A stretch of 64,000 bases of DNA, taken from Dictyostelium discoideum (Eukaryota). Below are positions 1-14,057 of the stretch, in pieces. The notes beneath the pieces were generated by a model that worked only from the letters and a program-made list of their open reading frames with translations, searched no databases and was not told the origin of the DNA. The translations under genes and the position numbers were made by a program. The stretch's first letter is position 1. The number at the start of each line of letters is the position of its first letter. The stretch covers positions 2,688,001-2,752,000 of the forward strand of contig CM000153.2 in assembly GCA_000004695.1 (NCBI GenBank). The letters run 5' to 3'.

Positions 1-1066
1 TAAACATACACTATAGATTTGAAAGATGAAAAATGGATGTAACACCTCCTCCATTAAAAGACGTGGAATATTTTTAACTGGGAAATTGATTTCGTTTTCT
101 CCGAATCTCTGCTTCAATTTCTTTAAACTCTCTTTACTCAATCCATTCTCAACCAATCTTAATAACTCAATCTTTTCATACTGGTTAACTAATTTAGTTT
201 TTTCATACTCTTGAATTTTCTCGTTGAAAAAGAATCTTGAAAATCTATAAATTATATATTTCTCAGTATATTGATTTGATGTATGATGACGATCATCATT
301 GTCGTCCATTATGTAATTAACCTTTGAGAATTCAAATCTTAAATCTTTAGAATAAACCAAAACATGAGTTGCATTTGAAATGGTTAATGATTTTTTAAAT
401 CGAATATTAATATATAATAATTCGAACCAATAGTATACCAACAATGAAACACCACATGAAAATAAAATTGTTAACCAATAAATGAATTCTCTTGATTTAT
501 TACTTTCATATCCAACCATTCTATCTACCAATAACATATCCTCACCACCATTCTCTTCAATATTTTCTTGTTTTTCAACTTTTTTTAAATATGATAAATC
601 TTTTTCTTCTTCTTCCTCCTCCTCTTCTTCTATTTCAATTTTATTATTATTATTTTCCATATTTCTAGAGTTTGTTAAACTTGATTTGATTATATTTTTT
701 AATGATGTTGTTGGTTTTGGTAATTTTGAGTCTAATCTAAATGTATCTAAATCATTTTCCTTATCGTCGTCATCATCATCATCATAATTATTGAAATCTT
801 TTGATTTTGATAAAAGTGGTGGGGAATTTTTATATTTTGATTTCAATTTTTTATTTGCTGAAGAAGATGATGATAATGATGGTGAAGATGATAAAATTGG
901 TGAAACTTTGGTTTTTGGAATTTGTTGAATTAATGGAGTTGATGATTCTGTAATATATGCACCAATTGTTTCAGTGTTATCATTCAATGACTTTAAATCC
1001 ATACTATTGTTATTATTATTATTATTATTGTTGTTGTTATCGTTATCGTTGTTGTTGTTATTATTA

Positions 1067-1152
<86 letters not shown>

Positions 1153-1248
1153 TTTTACTTCACAAATATCACGATGTGAATTTTCATTATTATTTAAGTC
1201 AATCATCATTTGAGAATTTGTTGGTGGACTGTCATTTTTAATCATTAT
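1..1248 (-). CDS. N-terminal portion (5' partial, runs off the window edge) of a P5B-type cation-transporting ATPase (ATP13A2/Ypk9-like). It has a low-complexity N/D/E-rich N-terminal extension and an N-terminal membrane helix.
   Basis: The minus-strand frame is open from the ATG at 1248 to position 1 (416 codons, no stop), so it is absent from the M..stop ORF track. The translation ends ...YIIYRFSRFFFNEKIQEYEK...LKQRFGENEINFPVKNIPRLLMEEVLHPFFIFQIYSVCLW. This matches the conserved P5B-ATPase block (human ATP13A2 ...[40 protein letters not shown]). A hydrophobic helix FIYWLTILFSCGVSLLVYYWF precedes it. An (AAT)n repeat at about 1000-1160 encodes poly-N. Confidence 0.55.
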
Positions 1249-2683
1249 TTTCAATGTCTATTTTGAATATTTTTTTTTTTAATTTAAAAAAAAAAAAAAA
1301 AAAATTATTTTCTATTATCCTATAAATGTAATTGTAATATTATTTAAACATATTATTTTTTAAAAAAAAAAAAATAAAAATAAAAAAATAAAAATAAAAA
1401 TTAGTTTGGATAATTTTTGTTTAATTTTGTGTTTGAGGAGAGAAAAATTATTATTATAATTCAGGTAATTATAAAATAAGGTAAAAAAATTAAAAAAAAA
1501 GAAAATAAGGGGGAAAAAAAGAAAATATTTTAAAAAAAAAAAAAAAAAAATATTTTTAAAACAATTGTAGATGAATATAGGAATTAAAGTGTTCGGCGTG
1601 GTGGGAGTTTGTGGTAGGAATAAACAATTGCACATGTCGTGAAATTTACACAACCATATATGTGTGTGTGTTTGTGGTTTGTTTTCTGTGTAGTTTTGAA
1701 TCAAATTATTTAATAAAATAATGAAAAATGCAATTACAGTAATATTATAATTAAATAAATTTAAGTGAAGTGGGAAAAAAATATAAAAAAAAAAAAAAGA
1801 AAACATACCTAAATAATAATTAATTTCCTAACCGGTTTTTTTTTTTTTTTTTTTTTTTGTTTACTTGGGTTTTTTTTTTTTTTTGAAGTTCAATTATATG
1901 TTTGTTTTATTTTTTATTTTTTTATTTTTTATTTTATTTTATTTTATTTTTTTTATAAACTATTATTTGTAAACAAATTTATATATTGAACTAAGATTTA
2001 ATACACCAACAACCACTTTGTATAAAAAAAAAAATTTATTACAGGAGTGTTGTAATAAAAAAAACTGAATAAATTTAAATATTTATAAAAAAAGAAATAA
2101 GGGAATGATATTTAAAAAACGACACAGAAATTGTGTTGTATGTAAATATTCTATGATGAAATAAATTTATTGAAAATATAAAAATAAAAGTGGACTATAA
2201 ATTTATTATATTTGTATGTGAATATGTATATGTATGTTTGTATGTGTATCTGTATATGTGTAGGTTTAATAATTTATCACTTTGGGTGTGTGTAAAATAA
2301 TAATAATATAAATTTTTTTTTTTTTTTTTTGTTTTTTTTTTTTTTTTTTTTTTTTTTTTTGATGAGTTTGGGAAAAAATAAAAAATGTGAACGTTGTTAT
2401 CGGTTTTTTTTATATGCAAATTTTTTTTTTTTTTTTTGCCAGATTCTCGCTCAGTTGCAAAAAAACAATAAAAAAAATAAAAAAAATAAAATAAAAAAAT
2501 AAAAAAAATAAAAATAAAAAAATTTAAATTTAAACTTATATACTTATTTGTTCCATTTCATTTTTTTTTTTTTTTTTAAAATTAATTATTAATAAATTGA
2601 TAATTGCTTCAATTAAAATATTTATTAAAGATTAAAAAGATGAATAATACATTAATTAATCTAAACAATGAAAAAAATGGGTT

Positions 2684-2723
<40 letters not shown>

Positions 2724-2922
2724 ATAATTGTTTATAAAAAATTAATATAGAAATTGTATCTTCGAATTCAAAGAAGAGAAAATATAAATAATAATATAAT
2801 TAATTACATTGTTAATATTATTTTGTGAACCCCTAAAAAATAAAAAAATAAAAAAAAAAAATAATAAAAAAAAAAAAAAAATGAAAATTAAATTTGGAAA
2901 AAAAAAAAAAAAAAAAAAAAGA

Positions 2923-2930
2923 ACCCATAA
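2923..2930 (+). promoter_or_regulatory. DUSE-like motif ACCCATAA (Dictyostelium upstream sequence element consensus [AT]CCCA[CT]AA).
   Basis: An exact match to the consensus that sits about 60 nt upstream of Dictyostelium snRNA, snoRNA and class I RNA genes. It lies in a 2.6-kb intergenic region, about 60 nt upstream of a locally GC-richer segment. Confidence 0.25.
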
Positions 2931-2990
2931 ACAAAGTTATTAAGTTGTTAATATTAATTTGATATTTTTTTATTTTAAACATTAGAATAC

Positions 2991-3125
2991 ACGTGGATTC
3001 TGATCGATTTTGATTTCTTCTGAGAATATCGTGGGAAACATCCACCAGAACGAGCCCGTATTTTCACTTACCAATCAGAACAGTAATATAATGCTGTGTT
3101 TGAATGATGAAATTATACAGCTTTT
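2991..3125 (+). ncRNA. Candidate small structured ncRNA (snoRNA-like). Its class is not determined.
   Basis: This ~135-nt island is clearly GC-richer than the surrounding poly-A/T DNA and begins about 60 nt downstream of the DUSE-like motif. It has complementary segments GUGGAU(2993-2998)/AUCCAC(3041-3046) and UUCUGA(3001-3006)/UCAGAA(3074-3079). An AUGAUGA (box-C-like) sits at about 3104-3110 and an ACA lies 3 nt before a possible 3' end at about 3122. No convincing C/D or H/ACA architecture could be assembled by eye. The overlapping + ORF 3010..3285 is low-quality. Confidence 0.2.
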
Positions 3126-3905
3126 TAAATTAATAATAAAAAAAAAAAAAAATATATCTTTAAAACATTATAAAACTCTAATTAATATGTTTCATTCATT
3201 ATCCCAAAAGTCAATATTTTATATTAAAAGCCAAAATTTTATATTGAATATTGACTTGTGTATTTGGATAAAACATAATTATTAGAATTTATTTTATTAT
3301 TTTTATTTTTTATTTTTATTTTTTTATCATCTCAAAAATATACACCTAAAAAATAAAAAAATTGTTTTATTTTAAAAATTCAATAAACCCAATGCAAAAG
3401 AATTGTTTAAAAAAAGAAATTTTGTGTTTTAACCGAAATAACCCAAAATTTGATATTTTTTTTTTTTTTTATTTTTTTTTTTTTTTTTTTTCTTTTTTTT
3501 TTTAATTTTCTTTTTTTTTTTCAAAAATAAAAAAATAAAAAAAAAAAAAGGAAAAAAAAAAGTTTTTTTTTATTCATCTTGTACATTAAAATATTTTAAT
3601 CTATTTGTATATTATATAAAGAAAAAAAAAAAAAAGAAAAAAAAAACCCACACCCACACACACACACAACTGTACCATACACAACACATAAAAACAATTT
3701 CACTTTAGTATCAAAAAAAAAAAAAAAAAAGCAAAAAAAAAAAGCAAAAAAAAAAAAATAATAAATCATTATCACATCAAAATTATTATTATTTTTTTTT
3801 TCACATTAATTTTCAACATAACCACATTCTAAAAAAGAAACATTAAAAAAAAAAAAAATAAAAGAAAAAAAAATAATAATTATAGTAGAAAATATATATT
3901 AAAAA

Positions 3906-5567
3906 ATGGCAAATAAAAATGTATTATCAGAGATGGATGATTTGATGGCAGAGTTAGGATTAGTAGAGACTACAGCAACACCAACATCAGATCAAATCAA
4001 ACAACCACAACAAGAAACAGCACCAACATATCTTACATATAAAGATCCAAATGTATCAACAGGACCTGGAGGAGATTTTAGAAATTTAAATGACAATAAT
4101 GGTGGTATATCACGTGGACCAGGATTAATGAGTACAGGACCAGGATTAGTCAGTACAGGACCAGGATTAATGAGTACAGGACCAGGTTTAATGAGTAAAG
4201 GACCTGGTTTACCAAATAATAGTATCAATAATAATATAAGTAATAATAATGGTGGTGGTATTAGCTCAGGACCAGGATTATCATTTGGAGTATCATCAGG
4301 TGTATCATCAGGTGTATCATCAGGTGTATCATCAGGTGTATCATCAGGTGTAACATTAGTAGCACAAAATCATTTAGCACGTCAACCTTCACCACCATTA
4401 AATTCACAACAACAGCAACAGCAACAACTACCAACATATTTGGATGGAGTTGGTACATTACAACCAATTTCATTAGCAGCAACAACACCAGATGGACGTG
4501 TAGTTAAAGCTAATGGACCAATTTGCGGAGCATGTGGAGATATGATTATTGGAGTTTGTACAAATGCATTGGGACGTTCATATCATCCAGAGCATTTTGT
4601 ATGTACCTATTGTAAATTACCATTCTCAGGATCATTCATTGAACATGAAGAAAAGTTATATTGTGAGAATGATTATTTGGAATTATTTAGTCCACGTTGT
4701 TTCGCATGTATTAAACCAATTGAAGACACATGTATCAATGCATTGGGTAATCGTTATCATCCAGAGTGTTTCTCATGTTCAGGTTGTGGTGACAAGTTAC
4801 GTGGTAAACCATACAAAGAGGAGGATGGAGAAGTTTATTGTAACACATGTAAGATTGCAAGACAAAAACGTTTAGCAGCAAAATCTGAAATTTGTTCAAA
4901 ATGTAAACTTCCAATCACTGGTGAATACATTATTCTTCAAGGTCAACCAGTTCATTCGGAGCATTATCGTTGTGAAGAGTGTGGTTGTGAATTCAATGTG
5001 GGTAAAACTTGTCATGAATATGAGGGTCGTCTCTATTGTTATGAAGATTATCAAAAACAAATTCTCAATATATGTGGTGCTTGTTCAAAACCAATCGTTG
5101 GTCGTTCAATCACTGCTTTGGGTAAAGTTTGGCATCCAGAACATTTCACTTGTACCACTTGTCAAGTACCATTCGCTGGAAGTGCTTTTCGTGAACATGC
5201 TGGTAAACCCTATTGTGAATCACATTATCATCAATTCTTTGGTCGTCAATGTTTCAAATGTTCAAAACCTGTGGTTGACACTGGTGTTGAAGTATTTGGT
5301 AAAATCTATCATCGTGAACATTTCACTTGTACAGGTTGTGAATGTGTTTTAGGTAAAGAAATTATGGAATGGGATGGTAAACCACTTTGTTTCAAATGTT
5401 TTGATGCACTTCCAAAAGAAGTTAGAAAAAGAATTAAAGAAAAGAAAGCTGGTGATAAAAAAGCTGAAGCTTATCGTGAAAAATTAGCTAAAAAAGAAGC
5501 AAAAGAATTAAAAAAAGAAAGAGAAAGAGCTGCAAAAGAAAAAGAAAAAGAATCAAAAGCTAAATAA
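3906..5567 (+). CDS. paxB: Paxillin-like focal-adhesion adaptor: an N-terminal LD motif followed by a C-terminal array of LIM zinc-finger domains. Single exon, 553 aa.
   Basis: An LD1-like motif SEMDDLMAELGL sits at the N-terminus. The LIM units carry the paxillin-type WHPEHF signature (YHPEHFVC, YHPECFSC, WHPEHFTC, YHREHFTC) with C-x2-C-x17-H-x2-C-x2-C-x2-C-x17-C-x2-C/H/D spacing. I count five such units. The mid-region has tandem peptide repeats, GPGL(M/V)S(T/K) x5 (nt ~4116-4212) and SSGV x6 (nt ~4284-4353), and the C-terminus is K/E-rich. The symbol is assigned because D. discoideum has a single paxillin, PaxB, reported as 569 aa. Repeat-number differences could explain the length difference. 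Confidence 0.8.
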   Translation: MANKNVLSEMDDLMAELGLVETTATPTSDQIKQPQQETAPTYLTYKDPNVSTGPGGDFRNLNDNNGGISRGPGLMSTGPGLVSTGPGLMSTGPGLMSKGPGLPNNSINNNISNNNGGGISSGPGLSFGVSSGVSSGVSSGVSSGVSSGVTLVAQNHLARQPSPPLNSQQQQQQQLPTYLDGVGTLQPISLAATTPDGRVVKANGPICGACGDMIIGVCTNALGRSYHPEHFVCTYCKLPFSGSFIEHEEKLYCENDYLELFSPRCFACIKPIEDTCINALGNRYHPECFSCSGCGDKLRGKPYKEEDGEVYCNTCKIARQKRLAAKSEICSKCKLPITGEYIILQGQPVHSEHYRCEECGCEFNVGKTCHEYEGRLYCYEDYQKQILNICGACSKPIVGRSITALGKVWHPEHFTCTTCQVPFAGSAFREHAGKPYCESHYHQFFGRQCFKCSKPVVDTGVEVFGKIYHREHFTCTGCECVLGKEIMEWDGKPLCFKCFDALPKEVRKRIKEKKAGDKKAEAYREKLAKKEAKELKKERERAAKEKEKESKAK

Positions 5568-6359
5568 AATAAAAATAAATTTTCATAAAATAAAATAAAT
5601 AAAAATAAAAATAAAAATAAAATTAAAACAATATATATACTTTTTATTTTTTTATTTTTTTATTTTTTTTTAAATATCTTTAAAATTTAAAATAATATTT
5701 GAATTAAAATTTACAGGTTGGTAAATCTAAATAAATTAAAGATTTTGGTAATATTGATATCATAGGTTGTATTCCTTCATTTGGTATTCTTGATAATAGA
5801 TCAAAATAATTAATTAAAAGTTGAAAATGAGTTAATGATGATGGGCACTCAAAAATACTCAAAATGATATATCATTCATTTTTTATTTTTTTTTATTTTT
5901 TTATATTTTTTTTTAAATTTTTTATTTTTCAAATATAGAATTTAATTATTTATCATTCATTTTTTATTTTTTAATAATGAGCAGAAATAAATTTTCTTAT
6001 TTTTCTTATTCAATTTATTGTTTTTTTTAAAAAAAAAAAGAAAAATTAGTGGAAAGAATAAAAATTTTAAATTCAAAAATAAAAAAAAGAAATAACTATT
6101 TATTTAATTTTAATTTTTAAATCAAAAAAATAAATAAATTAAATCTGGATTATATTATTTTTTAAAACATTCAAATTTGTTAAAAAAAAAAAATTAAAAA
6201 TAAAGTAAAACTTGGACTAACATGAATTGTTTTTATTTTTTTTTTTATTTTTTTTTTTTTAATTTTTTTTTTTTAAAAAAAAAAATATCTTTTTTTAATT
6301 TCAAAAGGTTATTGTGGGTTGAAAGATTGCAATCGAATGTATATGCTGAGCATTGGGAA

Positions 6360-8687
<2,328 letters not shown>

Positions 8688-8767
8688 ATAATAAAATAAT
8701 AAAATAATTATAAATAAAAATAAAAAAAAAAAAACTATATTTCTAAATGTTATTTATCTAAACATAT

Positions 8768-9039
8768 TTAATCCTTTTTATTTTCTTTTTTAAAAAAATC
8801 AGATATTAGCTTATAATTATATTCTTCTTCTTCTTTACCATTATTATTGTAATGAATTTCACCATTATTTTTAAAATCTATATAAAGTGAGTGTAAATAA
8901 TTTTTGAAAACTAATTTATAATTTAAAAAAAAATAAAAAAATAAAAAATAATTATTAATAAATATATATATTTCATCCCTATTAATTCATAGGTATACAA
9001 TATAAATACATACTTTCATATTTTTGGTCATTTAAATCT

Positions 9040-9119
<80 letters not shown>

Positions 9120-9377
9120 TATTTTTAAACCTAATATTAAAAATAAATTATTTCTTGATAATGGTAAATCAATTTTTGTGTATTCAAATGCTAATAATAT
9201 ACAAAAGAGAGCTATCTCTGGTGCTTTGAAAAATGGAGATTCAATGAATGGTATTAAAGAAGAATCACTTAAAAAGTTGAATGAAATTTGAGATAAAACA
9301 TGATTCTTTTCACAATCCAAAAAATAAAGAAAATGAAATAGATATGGTGGTGCTTCATCAATGATTTTACCAACACA

Positions 9378-9431
<54 letters not shown>

Positions 9432-9778
9432 AATCCCAGCAAAATTCTCTTTAAAAGATACTGATATATCATAGGATAATATTTGTAAAATTTTTTGTTC
9501 CATTGATAAAATATTATCTTTAAAATTATAATAGTCCTATTTAATAATTTTAAAAGAATAAAATACTATTCGTTAGTGTGTTTGAGAAATAAATAATTAT
9601 AATTATAATTATAATTATAAATTATTATTTATTATTATTATTATCTTACATCATTTAGTAATAATCTATCATTTGTTAAAATATAATATGACACATTTAA
9701 TAAATCTCTAACTTTCATTGGTAATATTGATGATGAATTAACTTTAATACAAATTAAAATGCATGTCATTGAAACAAA

Positions 9779-9819
<41 letters not shown>

Positions 9820-10214
9820 AATAAATATATTTAGTGATTTTATTTCTAATTATTTATTCAATTTGTTGTTTTTTCAAAAAAAAAAAAAAAAAAAAAAATT
9901 TTTACATATTGATTATAATCAAAAATAAATTTCCTATTTAAGAATCTTTTTAATAATGATATTGAATGAAGATATGCTAATGAAGAAAGTGATAATGAAT
10001 CACAAACTTTCCTCATGAAAACTAACATTCTTTTAAAACAATTATTGAATCTTTTCCAATCTTGCTCTTCAGAATTATTGACATTTTTCTGGTGGTAAAT
10101 GTAAAAATTTTTAATATCACTTTGAAACTTTTCAATATTTAAAATGGCTATATATTTATTATCATAGTTGAAATTATTTATTATTTTACTATCATAACTA
10201 TTAAAATTATTCAT
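8768..10214 (-). CDS. Putative cyclin-fold protein (PHO80/cyclin-U-like), 4 exons.
   Basis: Manual model: complement(join(8768..8910,9014..9536,9650..9778,9906..10214)). The donors are GTAAAA (9905), GTAAGA (9649) and GTATGT (9013), and the acceptors are ..TTTTAG, ..AAATAG and ..AAATTAG. It joins track ORFs 9858..10214 and 8982..9503 with two unlisted exons (FVSMTCILICIKVNSSSILPMKVRDLLNVSYYILTNDRLLLND and a C-terminal ..FKNYLHSLYIDFKNNGEIHYNNNGKEEEEYNYKLISDFFKKENKKD*). Two segments, LVFMRKVCDSLSLSSLAYLHSISLLKRFL and ..ILSMEQKILQILSYDISV, resemble cyclin-box helices (E.N.LE..FL..L.F.L.V pattern). The product assignment is weak. The gene contains two coding (AAT)n poly-N runs. Confidence 0.35.
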
Positions 10215-10357
10215 TTAATTATTTTTTTATTTCTTTTAAATTATTTATATATTGCATAGAAAAAGTTGTAGTTGTTGTTTTGAGCAAAATGAATAATGAT
10301 TATGTAATCAGTAAAAAAAAAAAAAAAAAAAAAAATATGCGAAAAATGAATTCAAAA

Positions 10358-10422
<65 letters not shown>

Positions 10423-10476
10423 CGATTACACAACACAATCATCATCAGAAAAAAAAAAAACTATTTTAACAAAACT

Positions 10477-11183
10477 ATGGTATTACCATTATTAAAAGTT
10501 GGGTCATTATTAATTAAAAGTTTGGCTAAACCATTGTCAAAACAAATTAAAATAAGAGCATCAAAATCACCAATATTCCATGACAGAGTTGTTAGAGGTG
10601 CAAGACTATGGCATAAATTAGATTTGAAATTAACCAAATTCAATGGCGATACAACTAGAAAACCAGTAGATTTAAATGTTAACGCTGCAATTGATTTAGG
10701 TACTGAAATAGTTTCTGAAGCATTTTTATTAAGTGTTGCAATTGGTCTTTTATTATATGAAACCTCAAGAAGTTCTGAAAAAGATAAAAAGAAAGAAGGT
10801 AAGTTATATAAAGATATAAATATTTATATATCTTTCTTTTTTTGGAAATAAACTATAAAATAAACTAATAATAATAATAAAAAAAATAAAAAAAAAATAA
10901 AACAGAGGCACTACAAAATAGATTTAAAAATTTAGAAGAAAAACTTGAAGTTCAACAAGAAACTATTAATAATTTAACAAATGTTATTGAAGCAATACAA
11001 TCATCGAATCCAAATTTAAATATATATATTGACCCAAATCAATCAACAAAATCATCAATTGCTGAATACATAAATACTCATAATATTAAATTAAATTCTT
11101 TAAAAAACGCGCAAACAGAAAATGATTATAAATCAATTTCCAGTGAAGGAATTCCAAATAAAAGAATATCCAATGTAAACTAA
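10477..11183 (+). CDS. OPA3 (optic atrophy 3)-like mitochondrial protein, 2 exons.
   Basis: join(10477..10798,10906..11183), with a GTAAGT donor at 10799 and a ..AAAACAG acceptor at 10905. The protein MVLPLLKVGSLLIKSLAKPLSKQIKIRASKSPIFHDRVV..ARLWHKLDLKL...AIDLGTEIVSEAFLLSVAIGLLLYETSRSSEKDKKKE-ALQNRFKNLEEKLEVQQETINNLTNVIEAIQ aligns with human OPA3 along its length ([41 protein letters not shown]... and a C-terminal coiled coil). Confidence 0.75.
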
Positions 11184-11197
11184 TTTTTAAAAACAAA

Positions 11198-11231
<34 letters not shown>

Positions 11232-11344
11232 AAATTTCTTTTTTTCCCACTAATTTAAATAATTCTTTTTTTTATTTTTATTCTATTTACATTTTGTGAA
11301 TATTTTAATATTCACTTTATATTTACTCATCGGATATATATATA

Positions 11345-11985
11345 TTAAGTATAAATTGAACCTTTACATCTTGTTTCATTATGATAATTAAAACATTTTA
11401 TACTACAATATCTACTTGAACATTGTTTACAGGTATATGCACCAATATAGCCACATATTGAACAAAAGTGTCTAGGTGGAAATATTGAGGGTTTTGATTG
11501 AACGCTAATATATGTTGGTACATGATCTGGAAAAGTTTCTAAATACTATATGTGTATAATTATAATGATTTTGGAAATTTTAATATATGAGGGATATTTT
11601 AAAATTAAAAATAATAATAATAAAAAAAAAAAAAAAAATATTATTCACTTACAGATTTCTCTAAAACATCATTAAAATTTAAATTCATTGATTTCTTTTC
11701 ATTTTTTTTCTTTTCTCTTGCAATGAATAATCTTTTTTTATTTACAGGTGTTGTATAAACTATTTCATTTTCATCATCGTTATAATCATTGTCTTCTTCA
11801 TCTCCTCTACTACCTATTGGTTGTTGTTCATTGTCATCATCCAATGATTCCAATCTTGCACTTATAACTTTTTCTTTTAAATTCCTTCTATCCTCTTCAC
11901 TAGTTACTCTATATCTCTTTGAAATTTGACTCTTTCTTTTACTTGATTGTGGTGTTTCTATATTTACAATTATTGAATCTGACAT
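11345..11985 (-). CDS. ZNHIT1/Vps71-like HIT-type zinc-finger protein (SWR1/SRCAP-complex subunit family), 2 exons.
   Basis: complement(join(11345..11545,11653..11985)), with a GTAAGT donor at 11652. Exon 2 encodes YLETFPDHVPTYISVQSKPSIFPPRHFCSICGYIGAYTCKQCSSRYCSIKCFNYHNETRCKGSIYT*. Human ZNHIT1 ends PNYLTAC..RPQRPFCAVCGFPSPYTCVSCGARYCTVRCLGTHQETRCLKW, so the C-x2-C..C-x2-C..C-x3-C-x3-H-x4-C HIT finger is conserved residue for residue. Confidence 0.7.
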
Positions 11986-12309
11986 TCTTTTTTTTTTTTT
12001 TTTAATTTTAAGTAAAATTATTATTTTATATACAATGATTTGAGAAGGTCATATAACCCTTTTATATTTTTTTGTAGTTGGTTGTATAAGTCCTTTGTGT
12101 GAAAATGTTTGTGTGGCGTTTGAGTGTGAAATATTTTTTTTTTTTTTTATTTTTAAAACTTTTTCAACTTTTTTTTTTTTGTTTGTTTTTTTTTTTTATT
12201 ATTCGTTTATTTAATTAAAACAGAGGAGAATTATCACAGAAGTTCAAAAGCCACAATGAAAAAAAATAAAAAAAAAATAAAAAAAATAAAAAAAAAAAAT
12301 AAAAAAAAA

Positions 12310-12345
<36 letters not shown>

Positions 12346-12405
12346 AAATTTGATCTTTTTTTTTTTTTTTTTTTTACATATTAACTCTAAACACCAATAA
12401 AAAAG

Positions 12406-13644
12406 ATGTTAAGCAAATCAAATAATATCAGAAAGTAAGGAAAAAATTAATTTTTATTAAAATTTTATTATATTTATCTAACAAAATATATATTTTCAAA
12501 TAAATAATAAAAAAATAAAAATATTTAGAGTCTTTGCCAGAGGATTCACAACTTACGTTCAACCAGGTAAATTCAATGCTGAAACCAACGAAACCATTGG
12601 CAATAGAATTAGCAATGTTTGTGAAAAATTCTCATATAATGATGCAATCTCTATTCCAGATCATGAAAACTACACTTTAACTTATAATGATGTTTTAGTA
12701 AGTAATACGAAAAAAAAAAAAAACAAAAAAAAAAAACAAAAAACAAAAAAAACCCAAACTAACAAATTCAACATTATTAAAAAAAAAAAAAAAAAATCAA
12801 ATCAAATCATAATTAAAAATCAAATATAAATAGCAAAATACAAGAGGTTTAGCAGGTGGTTTTATTGAGCACAGCATTAAAGATGATCAAACAATTGTTT
12901 CAAATTCATTTGGTGTTGATAGTACAATGACACATATTGCAGCATCATTTGCAGGTTTAAATTATGTATCAATTCCACCAACTTCAACATTCTCAGAAAT
13001 TGGAACTCATTTAAATAATCAAAAAGCATCATCATTCGTTATGGCTGATTCAAACCAAAGAGTTATGGTTGATGAAGCATTAGAATTCTTCCCAAATTTA
13101 AAAACTAGTATGTAGTTAAATAATTAATAATACAGTATGACCCAATATTTTTAAAATTGAACTAGAGGATTTAAGAATTTTATCAATATAAAACAACAAT
13201 GATAATAATATCAAGTCATTATATATCTATATGATGATTGATATATATATATTTATATTTATTAGTACATATGTACTAACCCAATTATATTTATAAATAT
13301 AGTTTATAACGATGAATATCACAGAGATAACAGATTCCCAGAATTAAAACATATTTTTTCAACAGGTGCATCACAACAACCAGGTATTAGTTTATTAAGA
13401 GATATTATTTTAGATACCAAAACTTCACCAAATAAAAACGTTACAAACACTCAAATCTCAGCAACCTACCCAGTCGCTGATGGAAAATACGTTTCATTCA
13501 CCCAAAAATCACTTTTAAATACAGCTGATGCTTTAGCTGAATTCTTTAATATCAAAACAGCCCAAAGATTTTCATTTGCCGCTCCATTATTTGAAGGTAA
13601 CGCCACTGCTTTCAGTAAGTATTAAATAATAATAATAAATAATA

Positions 13645-13730
<86 letters not shown>

Positions 13731-14014
13731 AAAAAAAAGATTATTAATTGAGTTTTTTTTTTTGTTTTTTCTTATTTATAATGAAAAGACCTAGCATGTC
13801 TTTCAAAAGGTGCTTTGATCGCACTCATCAGTCAAATTAATCCAGCAAACATTTTAAATTCAATCATTAAAGATAAATGTGATAACCTTTTCATTTCATC
13901 ATCAGTTTTAAATACATTAGTTTCAAGCCCAGAATTTGCAAGAGTTGAAAACTTTGAATTAAAGAAATTGATTGTTGGTATGTATATATAACTATATTTA
14001 TGGTTTTCTTTAAT

Positions 14015-14057
<43 letters not shown>

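Noticed and set aside
957-1241. Plus-strand ORFs 957..1241, 974..1213, 482..787 and 26..214 (poly-Y, poly-L and poly-S translations).
   Set aside because: They are antisense, or frame-shifted readings of the (AAT)n-rich N-terminal coding region of the minus-strand P5-ATPase gene. Their composition is pure low complexity.
3992-5352. Minus- and plus-strand ORFs overlapping the paxillin-like CDS (3992..4228-, 4261..4488-, 4549..4875+, 4921..5352+).
   Set aside because: These are alternative-frame or antisense artefacts inside a gene that has unambiguous LIM-domain homology in another frame.
6310-6317. DUSE-like octamer ACCCACAA on the minus strand (plus strand ttgtgggt). Two more occur at 16118-16125 and 16137-16144.
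   Set aside because: The sequence downstream (on the minus strand) is pure AT-rich or coding DNA, with no GC-richer RNA-like segment. An 8-mer is expected by chance a few times in 64 kb. Only the 2923 plus-strand copy has a plausible RNA candidate at the right spacing.
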